Below, in pieces: positions 9,846 to 17,803 of a stretch of DNA of 49,454 bases; the first letter of the stretch is position 1; each line of letters begins with the position of its first letter. The position numbers were made by a program, and so were the translations under genes. The stretch is taken from NCBI GenBank assembly GCA_027449645.1, contig DAIDLF010000022.1:1-49454 (forward strand). The letters run 5' to 3'. The notes beneath the pieces are model-generated. The model saw only the letters and a program-made list of their open reading frames with translations, made no database searches and was not told where the DNA came from. The stretch comes from Candidatus Parcubacteria bacterium (GTDB taxonomy: Bacteria > Patescibacteriota > Minisyncoccia > UBA6257 > 2-01-FULL-56-20).

Positions 9846-10988
9846 CTATTCGTACTGTATGAAGATCGGCTTTGGCGTAAGGGCAAACACTTCGGCCGGA
9901 CTCATAAGATGGCTTCCAGGTTCCCTGATGTCGTTCTTGTAGAACAATTTGAATCCCGTAAACTGGACCGGTTCGCTCGCAATGAAGCTCCTGTAGGTGC
10001 TGACCTTCTTTGCGGGCGGACCGAATCCGTCCATGTCCATGACGATCTGCACCTCCGGCAAGGGGGTGATTTGTTTATAATTGGTCACCATGGCCTGGGT
10101 AAAGCGGTGTATTACGAGGATCTTCGGCGGAAGTCCGTTTTTCTGGACGAGGCGGGCAAGGTATTGTGCCGCGAAGTTGATATCCGAGGCGTCCATGGTG
10201 CCGATGACCGTTCCCGGCCGCGCACCGTTATGCATGGAAAATTCCGGATCAAGCGCAAGTTCCACGTTGGGCATGGCGAGATATTTCTCAAGCAGGGGGA
10301 TCTCGTCCTCCACGGTGCTTCCGCCCGTCTGGATATCGAGGATCACGATGCCGTTGACCCTGTTTGCCATTTCAAGGACCTTGTCGATCTGGCTGTCCGG
10401 CATGCGTAGGCGGTATTTGCCGTCCGATCCCGGAAGACCCTGGGCAGTGACCGCGATATACTCCAAGGCCGGGACCGCGGGAGTGGAGGGATCTGCCGCG
10501 GTCCATTCCGCGGTCGTGCTCGCGAGCATGGCGAGCATCTGGTCTTCGGGATATTCCCCGAGCACTCCCATTTGGGTGGAGTACAGGTTTCCGTAGTAGG
10601 CCACGATGCGGCGGAAGGGAAGCAATGCCCCCGCGTTCGGATAGACCTCCGGTTTGGCGGGCCAAAGGCAGGCAGGGGCGGCGGTCTTTGGCGTTGAGGT
10701 GGATGCGGTCACGGGCGGCGCCGGCGGTTTGGGGCAGTTCGCAAGCGCGAGCATTTTTGCGTCATAAGCCGCTCTGTCGAGCGGAGGAAGCGGGACGCCC
10801 GGCGCCGCCTCAGGATTCACCGCATCTTTCACCTGCGCGACTGTCTGGGCGGCATCGTTCATGACGACGTTTACCGCACGCGGATGGGTGGCAAAAATGA
10901 AAAGGCCGTACAGCGCGAGGGAAAATACCGCGGCGAACGCGACCACAATATGCCACGAAACATTTCCCTTCTTTGAAGATTTTCCCAT
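9846..10988 (-). CDS. Membrane-anchored or secreted hypothetical protein (possibly a TIM-barrel glycosidase-like fold)
   Basis: The ATG at 10988 is preceded by AGGAG, and the ORF stays open up to 11030. There is an N-terminal TM helix. I recognise no family with confidence. Confidence 0.5.
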   Translation of the reverse strand: MGKSSKKGNVSWHIVVAFAAVFSLALYGLFIFATHPRAVNVVMNDAAQTVAQVKDAVNPEAAPGVPLPPLDRAAYDAKMLALANCPKPPAPPVTASTSTPKTAAPACLWPAKPEVYPNAGALLPFRRIVAYYGNLYSTQMGVLGEYPEDQMLAMLASTTAEWTAADPSTPAVPALEYIAVTAQGLPGSDGKYRLRMPDSQIDKVLEMANRVNGIVILDIQTGGSTVEDEIPLLEKYLAMPNVELALDPEFSMHNGARPGTVIGTMDASDINFAAQYLARLVQKNGLPPKILVIHRFTQAMVTNYKQITPLPEVQIVMDMDGFGPPAKKVSTYRSFIASEPVQFTGFKLFYKNDIREPGSHLMSPAEVFALTPKPIFIQYE

Positions 10989-11042
10989 AGCAATGCTCCT
11001 ATTGTACTCGCCGGACACGGCATGGAGCAAGGAGGCGCGACG

Positions 11043-11051
11043 TGATATAAT
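11043..11051 (+). promoter_or_regulatory. Extended -10 promoter element (TGaTATAAT)
   Basis: TGATATAAT at 11043-11051, only 8 nt before the ATG at 11060. Confidence 0.45.
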
Positions 11052-11059
11052 GGGGATAT

Positions 11060-11803
11060 ATGACCCTCGTCAAACGCCTCATCCCGTTCCTGCTCGTCTT
11101 TTGGACCGTGTTTTATTTCGTGCGCACGAATGACGCCTATGATACCCGCCTCTTGCTTGCGAACATCGATGGCGTGCCATGGCTGTATGCCGCCGTAGGC
11201 ACCATCTTCGGCGTCCTTGCCGCGTTCGCCATTCAAAAGGAGTGGAACGAGTGGAATGCGCTTTCGGATGCCGTGCGCGGCGAAGTGGATGGCCTGGAGA
11301 AGCTCTATCTTTGGACCAACAATTTCCCCGAAACGATCCGGAACGCCGTACATGCCGATATCAGGCACTACCTTTCCATCGTCATCAAAGAAGGTTGGCA
11401 GTACAGCGAAAAAGGGGAAAGGAGCAAGGAACTGGATGATGCCATCATGCACTTGAATTCCAGTATTTACGGGATTTTCGATTCGGCGCCGCAACTCATG
11501 CCAACCGCCTTCACCCTGCTTTCCATCGTATTCAACCACCGTTCCGCGCGGCTCCAGCACAGTTCGGAGCACATGCCGCCGCTCCTCCGCAACACCCTCC
11601 GTTTTGCCGCGTTCCTCCTGATCGGCCTTTCCATGTTCATCGCGATCCGCAACATCTGGCTTGCGTTCCTTTTCACCGCGAGCATCGGGAGTCTTGCGTA
11701 TTCCATCTTCCTCGTGCTTACCGACTTGGATAACCCTCTCCGGCCGGGCGATTGGCATATTACCACCAAGGATTACGAAGCCCTGCTCGCGAAGATATCG
11801 TAG
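11060..11803 (+). CDS. Membrane protein, DUF4239-like
   Basis: 247 aa. Two N-terminal and two C-terminal TM helices flank a soluble helical region. Confidence 0.45.
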   Translation: MTLVKRLIPFLLVFWTVFYFVRTNDAYDTRLLLANIDGVPWLYAAVGTIFGVLAAFAIQKEWNEWNALSDAVRGEVDGLEKLYLWTNNFPETIRNAVHADIRHYLSIVIKEGWQYSEKGERSKELDDAIMHLNSSIYGIFDSAPQLMPTAFTLLSIVFNHRSARLQHSSEHMPPLLRNTLRFAAFLLIGLSMFIAIRNIWLAFLFTASIGSLAYSIFLVLTDLDNPLRPGDWHITTKDYEALLAKIS

Positions 11804-11820
11804 GATAACCCGGACCAGGC

Positions 11821-12465
11821 TCAGGTGAGGAAGATCGCAAGCGCCACGACGGCGATCGCCATGGCGCCAAGCACCGTGAGGAGCATCTCGGTCGGCGTGA
11901 ACTCGTCGCCCTTCGCGAATGCGGTGCCGCTGCGCCACGGGACGCCGAGATAGGGAAGCAGGAAACGGTCCATGCCGATCCATCCGGCGTTGCGCCAGGC
12001 GAGCATCAGGAAAAGCTCTATGAGAAGCAGGAGCGGATTCGTGCTCACGGCTCCGGCGAAAAGATAGTTGAAGTTCATCAGGATGCCGAAGAATGCCGCG
12101 ATGCCGGTGAAGGCCCCCACCATGAGCCCCGCGCCGACGGCCAGTTCGCCGAACGTGATGAGATAGGAAAAGAACATGGGATGCAGGAGCGGGATCGTGC
12201 CGATGAAATCGGCGTACCAATGCATGACTGCGGGATGGGTCCCGCCGGCATTCTGTACGGCGCCCTGGAGGAATCCTTTGATTGCGGAACCGGCCTGCGG
12301 CCCCACCCATGCCGGATTGGTCGCTTTTTCCCATCCCGCCATGAGCCATTGCCAACCGACGTACAGCCTGAGGGGGAGCCATACCCAGGAAAAATGCGTA
12401 TCAGAAAGGACAAACCGGGCGAATTTCGGTTCGGGGATCTCCACGGATGAGGCGATCCGTTTCAT
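11821..12465 (-). CDS. DoxX/DoxD-like membrane protein
   Basis: 214 aa. Contains LPLRLYVGWQWLMAGWEK ... FGELAVGAGLMVGAFTGIAAFFG, giving a 4-TM DoxX-like layout. Confidence 0.65.
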   Translation of the reverse strand: MKRIASSVEIPEPKFARFVLSDTHFSWVWLPLRLYVGWQWLMAGWEKATNPAWVGPQAGSAIKGFLQGAVQNAGGTHPAVMHWYADFIGTIPLLHPMFFSYLITFGELAVGAGLMVGAFTGIAAFFGILMNFNYLFAGAVSTNPLLLLIELFLMLAWRNAGWIGMDRFLLPYLGVPWRSGTAFAKGDEFTPTEMLLTVLGAMAIAVVALAIFLT

Positions 12466-12504
12466 GCGAGTGATTTTATTATAGCATAATTACGGCCTTG
12501 CGCA

Positions 12505-12534
12505 TTGACATGGCCCTCCGAAGAACGCTATAAC
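12505..12534 (+). promoter_or_regulatory. Sigma70-like promoter
   Basis: TTGACA at 12505-12510, an 18 nt spacer, then TATAAC at 12529-12534. Confidence 0.4.
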
Positions 12535-12556
12535 CGAAGCAGTAATCCACCCCTCG

Positions 12557-12605
12557 CTTCCGGCGTCCTGCGCATCGCGCAAAAAGGCGGTCAGGACCCC
12601 GGAAG
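12557..12605 (+). promoter_or_regulatory. Long 5'-leader hairpin abutting the ribosome-binding site
   Basis: CTTCCGGCGTCCTG at 12557-12570 pairs with CAGGACCCCGGAAG at 12592-12605, matching at 13 of 14 positions. GGAGAAAGGTGG and the ATG at 12622 follow. Confidence 0.4.
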
Positions 12606-12621
12606 GGAGAAAGGTGGCAAT

Positions 12622-13062
12622 ATGTACATTGGCGAAGGCAGGGGCATTGGCTCCCTGCTCGCGAGGATGGTCATCGGCCTTGAGGATGGCTGTTCGCATG
12701 AGGACGTCGCCCGCACCCAGCGGGAGATATGCGCCTTCCTTGAAGATCAGCACAAGGATGACCTGCGGAGCGGGCGCGTGTCGCTTCGCTTCGACGCAAT
12801 GACCGGCGTCGCGCCGCATGCCTGCATGACCGAGCACGGCCTGCACGGAGGCACGGCAACGGCAATCGTGCTCACTGCCGGAAAACATCCGGTCCACCAC
12901 CAGGATATGTCCGACGAAGCGTGGAAAGGCCTCGTGCGGACCTACGCCGAAGCGGTGGGCGAATACCTCAACCTGCCCAGTTTCTCCCTGACGTTCGTCC
13001 CTTGCGAGAGTGAAGATTTCACCCGCGCAAGGCCGGAGGCGCAGGCCGAACCTGAGCCATAA
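12622..13062 (+). CDS. Hypothetical protein (146 aa)
   Basis: The ATG at 12622 has a good SD (GGAGAAAGG). The longer version in the ORF track starts at a TTG inside the -35 box. No recognisable domain. Confidence 0.45.
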   Translation: MYIGEGRGIGSLLARMVIGLEDGCSHEDVARTQREICAFLEDQHKDDLRSGRVSLRFDAMTGVAPHACMTEHGLHGGTATAIVLTAGKHPVHHQDMSDEAWKGLVRTYAEAVGEYLNLPSFSLTFVPCESEDFTRARPEAQAEPEP

Positions 13063-13112
13063 TCTGATACATCTGGGGATCTGCGGAACGCCATGCGCGT
13101 GCGCCGATCCCC

Positions 13113-13159
13113 CGATTCCCTGAATGCGGCGATGCGGGATCCGCGCCTTCAGGGAATCG
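13113..13159. repeat. 12-bp perfect inverted repeat (stem-loop) in an intergenic region
   Basis: CGATTCCCTGAA ...23 nt... TTCAGGGAATCG. There is no T-tract, so its role as a terminator is uncertain. Confidence 0.5.
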
Positions 13160-13166
13160 CACGCCC

Positions 13167-13210
13167 TTGACGAGGCAAAACTTCTGCCCTATACTTCAAT
13201 ATATATTGAA
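13167..13210 (+). promoter_or_regulatory. Promoter plus a perfect 16-bp palindromic operator upstream of the ArsR-family gene
   Basis: TTGACG at 13167-13172, a 17 nt spacer, then TATACT at 13190-13195. The palindrome TTCAATATATATTGAA at 13195-13210 overlaps the -10/+1 region. Confidence 0.55.
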
Positions 13211-13212
13211 CA

Positions 13213-13461
13213 ATGAAAAACCTTTGGCTATTTCAGGAGGGGAGGATCGCGATCCTGTGCAGGCTTGCAGGATGTGATACGGCGCGCGGATGCGATCTTA
13301 CTGCATGCCTGAAGATGAAACGCCCGCTCCTTTCCCATCATCTTGCCGCATTGCGGGACCGCGGCATCATCGAGGAACGCAGGGAGGGACGGGAAAAATA
13401 TTATCGGATCAGGCCGGAGAAAAAGGATTTTGTAACGCAGGTCATCCGTGTCGTCGGATGA
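13213..13461 (+). CDS. Short ArsR/SmtB-family metalloregulator-like HTH protein
   Basis: 82 aa. Contains RIAILCRLAGCDTARGCDLTACLKMKRPLLSHHLAALRDRGIIEERREGREKYYRI, with four Cys residues near the recognition helix. Confidence 0.7.
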   Translation: MKNLWLFQEGRIAILCRLAGCDTARGCDLTACLKMKRPLLSHHLAALRDRGIIEERREGREKYYRIRPEKKDFVTQVIRVVG

Positions 13462-13495
13462 CAGAAAACAACATTAACCATTCATTGTTCCCATC

Positions 13496-14122
13496 ATGAA
13501 CATTGCGTATATTCGGAAGACGGATAAACCTATCAAGGAAGTCGCCGAGCGCCTCAAAGAGGCGTTTGCAAAAGAAAAGATCGAGATCGTGGGCGAGCGC
13601 GAACTGCCGGATCAAAAAGGTTTTTTGCTGTATTTCCTGAAGCCGGAATGGTTTGCCGCCGTCGCGGAGGGCGACCAGAACCTGCTTGGACTCGTGCCGA
13701 GCGTTGCGCTTATCCGGAGGAAGGAGGAAAGGACGGTGATCGGCATCGGGAATCCGCAGATCCTCGCCGGAGGCCCGAATGTGGATGACATCGCTTCCAC
13801 CGTGGAGGAGATGGACCGCGCCCTGCGCGGAGCCATGCAGTTTGCGAGCGGCGCCCCCGAACCGAAAGTGGAGAAGGTCACGTTGTATTCCACGAAGACC
13901 TGTCCGTATTGCCGCATGGAAAAAGATTATCTTGAAAAGCACAAGGTCGCCTTCGATCTGGTCATGGTGGACGAGGACCGCGCCGCCGCCGAGGCGATGA
14001 TCCGCAAGAGCGGACAGACCGGGGTGCCCCAGACAGAAGTGCGCTTTGATGACGGCGAATCGGAGATCATCATGGGATTCGACCGGGATCGCCTCAACGA
14101 ACTGCTTGCCATCGCGGCATAG
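13496..14122 (+). CDS. DUF302-like domain fused to a glutaredoxin/NrdH-like thioredoxin-fold domain
   Basis: 208 aa. The N-terminal half looks like DUF302 (..LVPSVALIRRKEERTVIGIGNP..). The C-terminal half is VTLYSTKTCPYCRMEKDYLEKHKVAFDLV.VD...........SGQTGVPQ. Confidence 0.6.
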   Translation: MNIAYIRKTDKPIKEVAERLKEAFAKEKIEIVGERELPDQKGFLLYFLKPEWFAAVAEGDQNLLGLVPSVALIRRKEERTVIGIGNPQILAGGPNVDDIASTVEEMDRALRGAMQFASGAPEPKVEKVTLYSTKTCPYCRMEKDYLEKHKVAFDLVMVDEDRAAAEAMIRKSGQTGVPQTEVRFDDGESEIIMGFDRDRLNELLAIAA

Positions 14123-14130
14123 CCTGTTCC

Positions 14131-14445
14131 TTATTCGTCGCGGTAGCGCTCGCCGCTTTCCTGCTCCCGCGGGACGCTTACGGCATGCACGGATTGTCCC
14201 TGTGGCGCCGAAGAGGAGGCAACTGCCGACGAGGGAACCGGCGCCGCCGTGGGCGTCGCCATGTCGCCGGCGGCCGTTGCGCTGCCCAGCGAAGATTGCC
14301 CGGCAGGGGCAGTCACGGCGCTTGTCGCCGAAACTGCCGGCGCCACGGTGGTGGTGGCTCCCTGCGCCAGCCCTCCTGCAGCGATCGCGCCGGCGAGCAG
14401 TGCCGCATTCATAAGGAACCAAAGATGGTCTTTCAGGGTTTGCAT
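14131..14445 (-). CDS. Small secreted Ala/Thr/Ser-rich protein
   Basis: 104 aa with a signal-like N-terminus (LWFLMNAALLAGAIAAGGLAQG). It sits 5 nt downstream of the RnfD/FNR gene on the same strand. Coding status is plausible but not certain. Confidence 0.4.
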   Translation of the reverse strand: MQTLKDHLWFLMNAALLAGAIAAGGLAQGATTTVAPAVSATSAVTAPAGQSSLGSATAAGDMATPTAAPVPSSAVASSSAPQGQSVHAVSVPREQESGERYRDE

Positions 14446-14450
14446 GATCG

Positions 14451-15968
14451 TTATGCGAATCCGGGGAAAAAGTCGCTCTTGATCCTCAATCGCGATACGC
14501 CTATCCCGTGCAGGGTCTTTTCATAGGCCTCAACCATGGCGTGCGGTCCCGATATATAGAAAGTGCGGTCCCGGTAGTCGGGTATCTGCTGGGAGATGAG
14601 ATTGGCATCAATCGGCCCGCTATAGATCCCTTCGCGCGAAGCCTTTTCGCCGGTGACGGCATAGAGGGAACGCACGCCCACCTCCTGCGCCGCGCGGTCG
14701 AGGACATCCTCATAGGCAATGTCGGCCGCGGTCTTGTTGGAATAGAGCACCACGATATCGCGGCGTTCTTTTTTATCAAGAAGATAATGGATCATGCTGC
14801 GGAACGGCGTGATCCCGATCCCGCCGGCAATGAAGACCAATTTTTTCTTTTTATCCCTCGGCAGGACAAACCCGCCGGCAAGATGGGCCACGGAAAGGGT
14901 ATCGCCGGTCTTCATGCTGCTCAGGGCGCGTTTGAAGCTGCTGGCCTGCGGATAGAACTTCACGCCGAGGCGGACCTCCGGTTCGGTCGGCGCCGAAGCG
15001 AGCGTGAAGTATCTCCGGTTGCCCCGGTTGTCGGCATGCGGGTGGGGGAGCGTCCATTCCATGTACTGCCCCGGCGCGAACGAGAACCTCCGGTCCGGCG
15101 CGAACACGAAATCATAGACGTCCTTCGCCATTTCCTCCACGCGCTTGAGTCTGAGCATATATCTGCCTTTGGGGCTGACGGCATAGGAGAAGACGTTTCC
15201 GATGAGCAGGGCGAGCTCCGGCGAGAAATAGAAGGAACCAATGTGCACGTTGGGGGCGAACAGGAATCCTACGATGGCGCCGTAGGCGATGCGGAGCTGG
15301 CGGTTGGGCGGCGTAGTCAACGGCTCAGTGAGCATCGCGAAGGCGAAGAAGAAGAAGGAAGAATGGAGAATGGTCTGGAGGATGGCGGAAAACGGGTCGC
15401 CGGAAAGCGACGTGGCGGCAATCGTGGCAAAGGCGACGGCGGCGAAGCTGAGGACGAGATCCTCGCGCTGGATCTTGCGCACCACCATCCATCCTCCCGC
15501 AAGCACGAACGGCAGGAGCCAGAGATTGCCCCCGATCCACCAGGTTGCGGACTGGTTGATGGCAATCGCGGAAAGCGCCACGCCGAACGCGGCAGGATTG
15601 AAGAGGTGCCGTTTGCCGATGGCAAAGAGATATTTGGATGCCATCGCCCACACGGAGGCGAAGACGAGGAATCCAATGCCCGCATAATCGGGCGGTGCCA
15701 CGGGCGTGATGATGAGCGCGAGAATGAATGCCGTGATATAGACCGACTCCACGTTCGTGGCGGCATCAAACATCTTTGCCGCGACCCAGTTTGCCGCCGC
15801 GCAGACGACGGTGATGAGCACGGTGGAAAAGGCGAGTGCGGCAGGATTGAAGGGAAGAAGGCCGAAGAAGCTGAATATGAACGCGACCGCAAGAAGCCCT
15901 GCCACGTAATACAGGACGAGGCGATACATGGTGGTCCGGTTCAGGAAATCATCGATCCAGGTGAACAT
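14451..15968 (-). CDS. Fusion of an RnfD/NqrB-like polytopic membrane domain to an FNR-type FAD/NAD(P)H-binding oxidoreductase
   Basis: 505 aa. The N-terminal half has HLFNPAAFGV and AMLTEPLTTP motifs across about 9 TM helices. The C-terminal half has RRYFTLASAP (RxYS-type FAD motif) and LVFIAGGIGITPFRSM (NAD(P)H motif). Confidence 0.75.
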   Translation of the reverse strand: MFTWIDDFLNRTTMYRLVLYYVAGLLAVAFIFSFFGLLPFNPAALAFSTVLITVVCAAANWVAAKMFDAATNVESVYITAFILALIITPVAPPDYAGIGFLVFASVWAMASKYLFAIGKRHLFNPAAFGVALSAIAINQSATWWIGGNLWLLPFVLAGGWMVVRKIQREDLVLSFAAVAFATIAATSLSGDPFSAILQTILHSSFFFFAFAMLTEPLTTPPNRQLRIAYGAIVGFLFAPNVHIGSFYFSPELALLIGNVFSYAVSPKGRYMLRLKRVEEMAKDVYDFVFAPDRRFSFAPGQYMEWTLPHPHADNRGNRRYFTLASAPTEPEVRLGVKFYPQASSFKRALSSMKTGDTLSVAHLAGGFVLPRDKKKKLVFIAGGIGITPFRSMIHYLLDKKERRDIVVLYSNKTAADIAYEDVLDRAAQEVGVRSLYAVTGEKASREGIYSGPIDANLISQQIPDYRDRTFYISGPHAMVEAYEKTLHGIGVSRLRIKSDFFPGFA

Positions 15969-15992
15969 GGGTTCGTCGTGATGAATATGGGG

Positions 15993-16589
15993 TTATGCTT
16001 TTGCCTGCACGAGCGCCGACCCGAGGGATTTCTGGAACGCCATGCTGGTTTCCGTGGCTCCTGAGACGATGTTCACATTGGCGCTCTGGGCCTGGACGGC
16101 CTCCTGGGTGAGGTACGGCATGGCCTGCTGGTTGATGAAGACCGAGGTGGAATGCGTGTCCGGATACTGCAGGAACTTCACGTCCGTGATCTTTCCTCCC
16201 GAGATCACCGCGGCCACCTGCACGGTGCCATAGTAGGCATCGGCGGCGCTTCCGGTATAGGTGCCGTCTTTATACTGGCCCGTCGGTGCCGGTGCAGGCT
16301 TAGGCGCCGGCGCGGGAGCAGGCGTGGAAACCGGCGCAGGAGTCTGGGTCGTGGCAGGTGCAGGCTTTGTGGCCGCGGCAATGGCGGCCGATGCGCCGGA
16401 ACTGGAACCGGAGCCAGATCCGGAGCTCGGATTTGCATTGGCGCCAACGGGGGTGCTGGCGCTTGTGGTGTCGCTCGTGCCCGCCACGGACGGCGGGAGA
16501 ATGGCAACCGCACTGGAGTTTTGGTTCGCGAACACCGCATAGAGCCCCGATGCAAGGATGATGCCGATGGAAAAAATAAATTTTTTCAT
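15993..16589 (-). CDS. Extracytoplasmic FMN-binding domain protein (RnfG/NqrC-like), long-linker paralog
   Basis: The start MKKFIFSIGIILASGLYA is at 16589. A Ser/Gly/Pro/Ala low-complexity linker follows, then an FMN_bind-type domain with the IVSGATETS flavinylation-type motif. Confidence 0.75.
   Translation of the reverse strand: MKKFIFSIGIILASGLYAVFANQNSSAVAILPPSVAGTSDTTSASTPVGANANPSSGSGSGSSSGASAAIAAATKPAPATTQTPAPVSTPAPAPAPKPAPAPTGQYKDGTYTGSAADAYYGTVQVAAVISGGKITDVKFLQYPDTHSTSVFINQQAMPYLTQEAVQAQSANVNIVSGATETSMAFQKSLGSALVQAKA
16003..16274. repeat. Inverted repeat copy A (272 bp), partner of 18425-18696
   Basis: The reverse complement matches 18425-18696 with only 3 mismatches: 16062/18637, 16101/18598 and 16221/18478. 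Confidence 0.95.
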
Positions 16590-16694
16590 GAAAAAATGGA
16601 TATGCGCCGCTGTTGGATATATATACGCCCGGGCCCTCCGGTTTCGTGCATGGCCTGCACTATGTTCCAAAGCGGGCGCGTATTATATGATGAT

Positions 16695-17312
16695 ATGGAT
16701 AGCATCGCTATTGCCACCCTAATGGATCAATCTTTTATTGCCGCCGCCGCTTCTTTGCAGGGATCCGATGAGCAGCTGGTGGAGCTTGCGCGCGCCGACG
16801 ACCGCCACTTCGAGCAGCTGGTGGACCGCTACGAGGCCAAGCTGCGCCGGTATATCATGCGGTTCATCAACTGCAGCCCCGAAGATGCCGAAGATATCGT
16901 GCAGGATGTGTTTATCAACGCCTACCGCAACCTGAACGGTTTCGATACGGGCCTCAAATTCTCGTCATGGATCTACCGCATTGCCCATAATGAGGCGGTG
17001 AACCATATGCGCCGCATCACCGTGCGGAAGACGGTCGCCGTGGAAGACGACAAGCTTGAAGCGCTCGCGGCGGAAGTCGACGTGGAACACGAACTGCATG
17101 CCAAGCTTGACCACGCAAAGCTCCGGGCCGCCGTGGACCGGCTGGACGCGAAATACCGGGAGGTGCTCGTTTTGCGTTATTTCGAGGATCGGAACTATGA
17201 TGAGATTGCGGACATCCTCCATAAGCCGTCGGGCAGCGTGTCGTCGCTCATCACCAGGGCGAAGCGGCTCCTGCTCAAAGAGGTCGAAGCGGAAAACGCC
17301 GGATTGCTCTAA
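16695..17312 (+). CDS. Sigma-70 family (ECF-type) RNA polymerase sigma factor
   Basis: The start MDSIAIA.. is at 16695. Region 2 is DAEDIVQDVFINAYRNLNGFD....FSSWIYRIAHNEAVN. Region 4 is REVLVLRYFEDRNYDEIADILHKPSGSVSSLITRAKRLL. Confidence 0.85.
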   Translation: MDSIAIATLMDQSFIAAAASLQGSDEQLVELARADDRHFEQLVDRYEAKLRRYIMRFINCSPEDAEDIVQDVFINAYRNLNGFDTGLKFSSWIYRIAHNEAVNHMRRITVRKTVAVEDDKLEALAAEVDVEHELHAKLDHAKLRAAVDRLDAKYREVLVLRYFEDRNYDEIADILHKPSGSVSSLITRAKRLLLKEVEAENAGLL

Positions 17313-17317
17313 ATCAT

Positions 17318-17803
17318 ATGTCTGAAACCAGCAAAAAGATCATCGAGGAAATCCGCGAGCGGCACATCAAGCACCGCCCCAGGTGGTATTTCCTCATACG
17401 GAGCGCTTCCGTATGGACCGCGCTTGCGGCAACCGTCATTTTTGGCGCACTGTCGGTGAGCATCGAGGAATCCATCCTCGAACGCGGACTTTTTGGGCGG
17501 GGGATATTGGACCTGCTTCAGGGCGTCTCCCTCCTGTGGATCGTGTCCGCGCTCGTGTTCATCGTCCTTGCCTTCTTCAATCTCAAACACGTAAAGGAAA
17601 GCTACCGGTACCGCGCATGGTGGATCGTCCTCGGCGCCGTGGTCCTTGTGGCCACGTTCGCCACGCTCTTCTGCCATGAGGGCATCGGAAGCCAGGTCGA
17701 ATCGGCGCTGGAACACAATGCGTTTTATCATCACGCCCTGCATGGCATCGATGGATATCAAATTTACCCGGCACCAGGAGTCGGAGATCCACACGGTCTT
17801 TGA
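17318..17803 (+). CDS. Membrane protein downstream of the sigma factor (candidate anti-sigma factor)
   Basis: 161 aa and about 4 TM helices. It starts 6 nt after the sigma stop. There is no recognisable zinc-binding anti-sigma (ZAS) motif, so the anti-sigma role is inferred from position alone. Confidence 0.45.
   Translation: MSETSKKIIEEIRERHIKHRPRWYFLIRSASVWTALAATVIFGALSVSIEESILERGLFGRGILDLLQGVSLLWIVSALVFIVLAFFNLKHVKESYRYRAWWIVLGAVVLVATFATLFCHEGIGSQVESALEHNAFYHHALHGIDGYQIYPAPGVGDPHGL

Noticed and set aside
12490-12900. A 136-aa minus-strand ORF, and the TTG-initiated 185-aa version of the plus-strand ORF at 12505.
   Set aside because: The minus ORF is antisense to the better-supported 12622-13062 gene, which has an SD and an ATG. 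The TTG at 12505 is itself the TTGACA -35 hexamer of the predicted promoter.
16290-16450. A GC-rich, short-period repetitive stretch, considered as a possible tandem repeat or CRISPR-like array. A similar stretch lies at 7520-7580.
   Set aside because: No repeat-spacer periodicity is present. The stretches translate in frame to low-complexity linkers: PAPAPKPAP/SGSGSGSSSG in the FMN-binding protein and a poly-Asp/Glu tail in the DUF892 protein. No CRISPR array is visible anywhere in the window.
16152-16694. The upstream extension of the sigma-factor ORF (386 aa in the ORF track).
   Set aside because: It is antisense to the FMN-binding gene and is Arg/Gly-rich nonsense. The sigma region 2 spacing fits a start at 16695.
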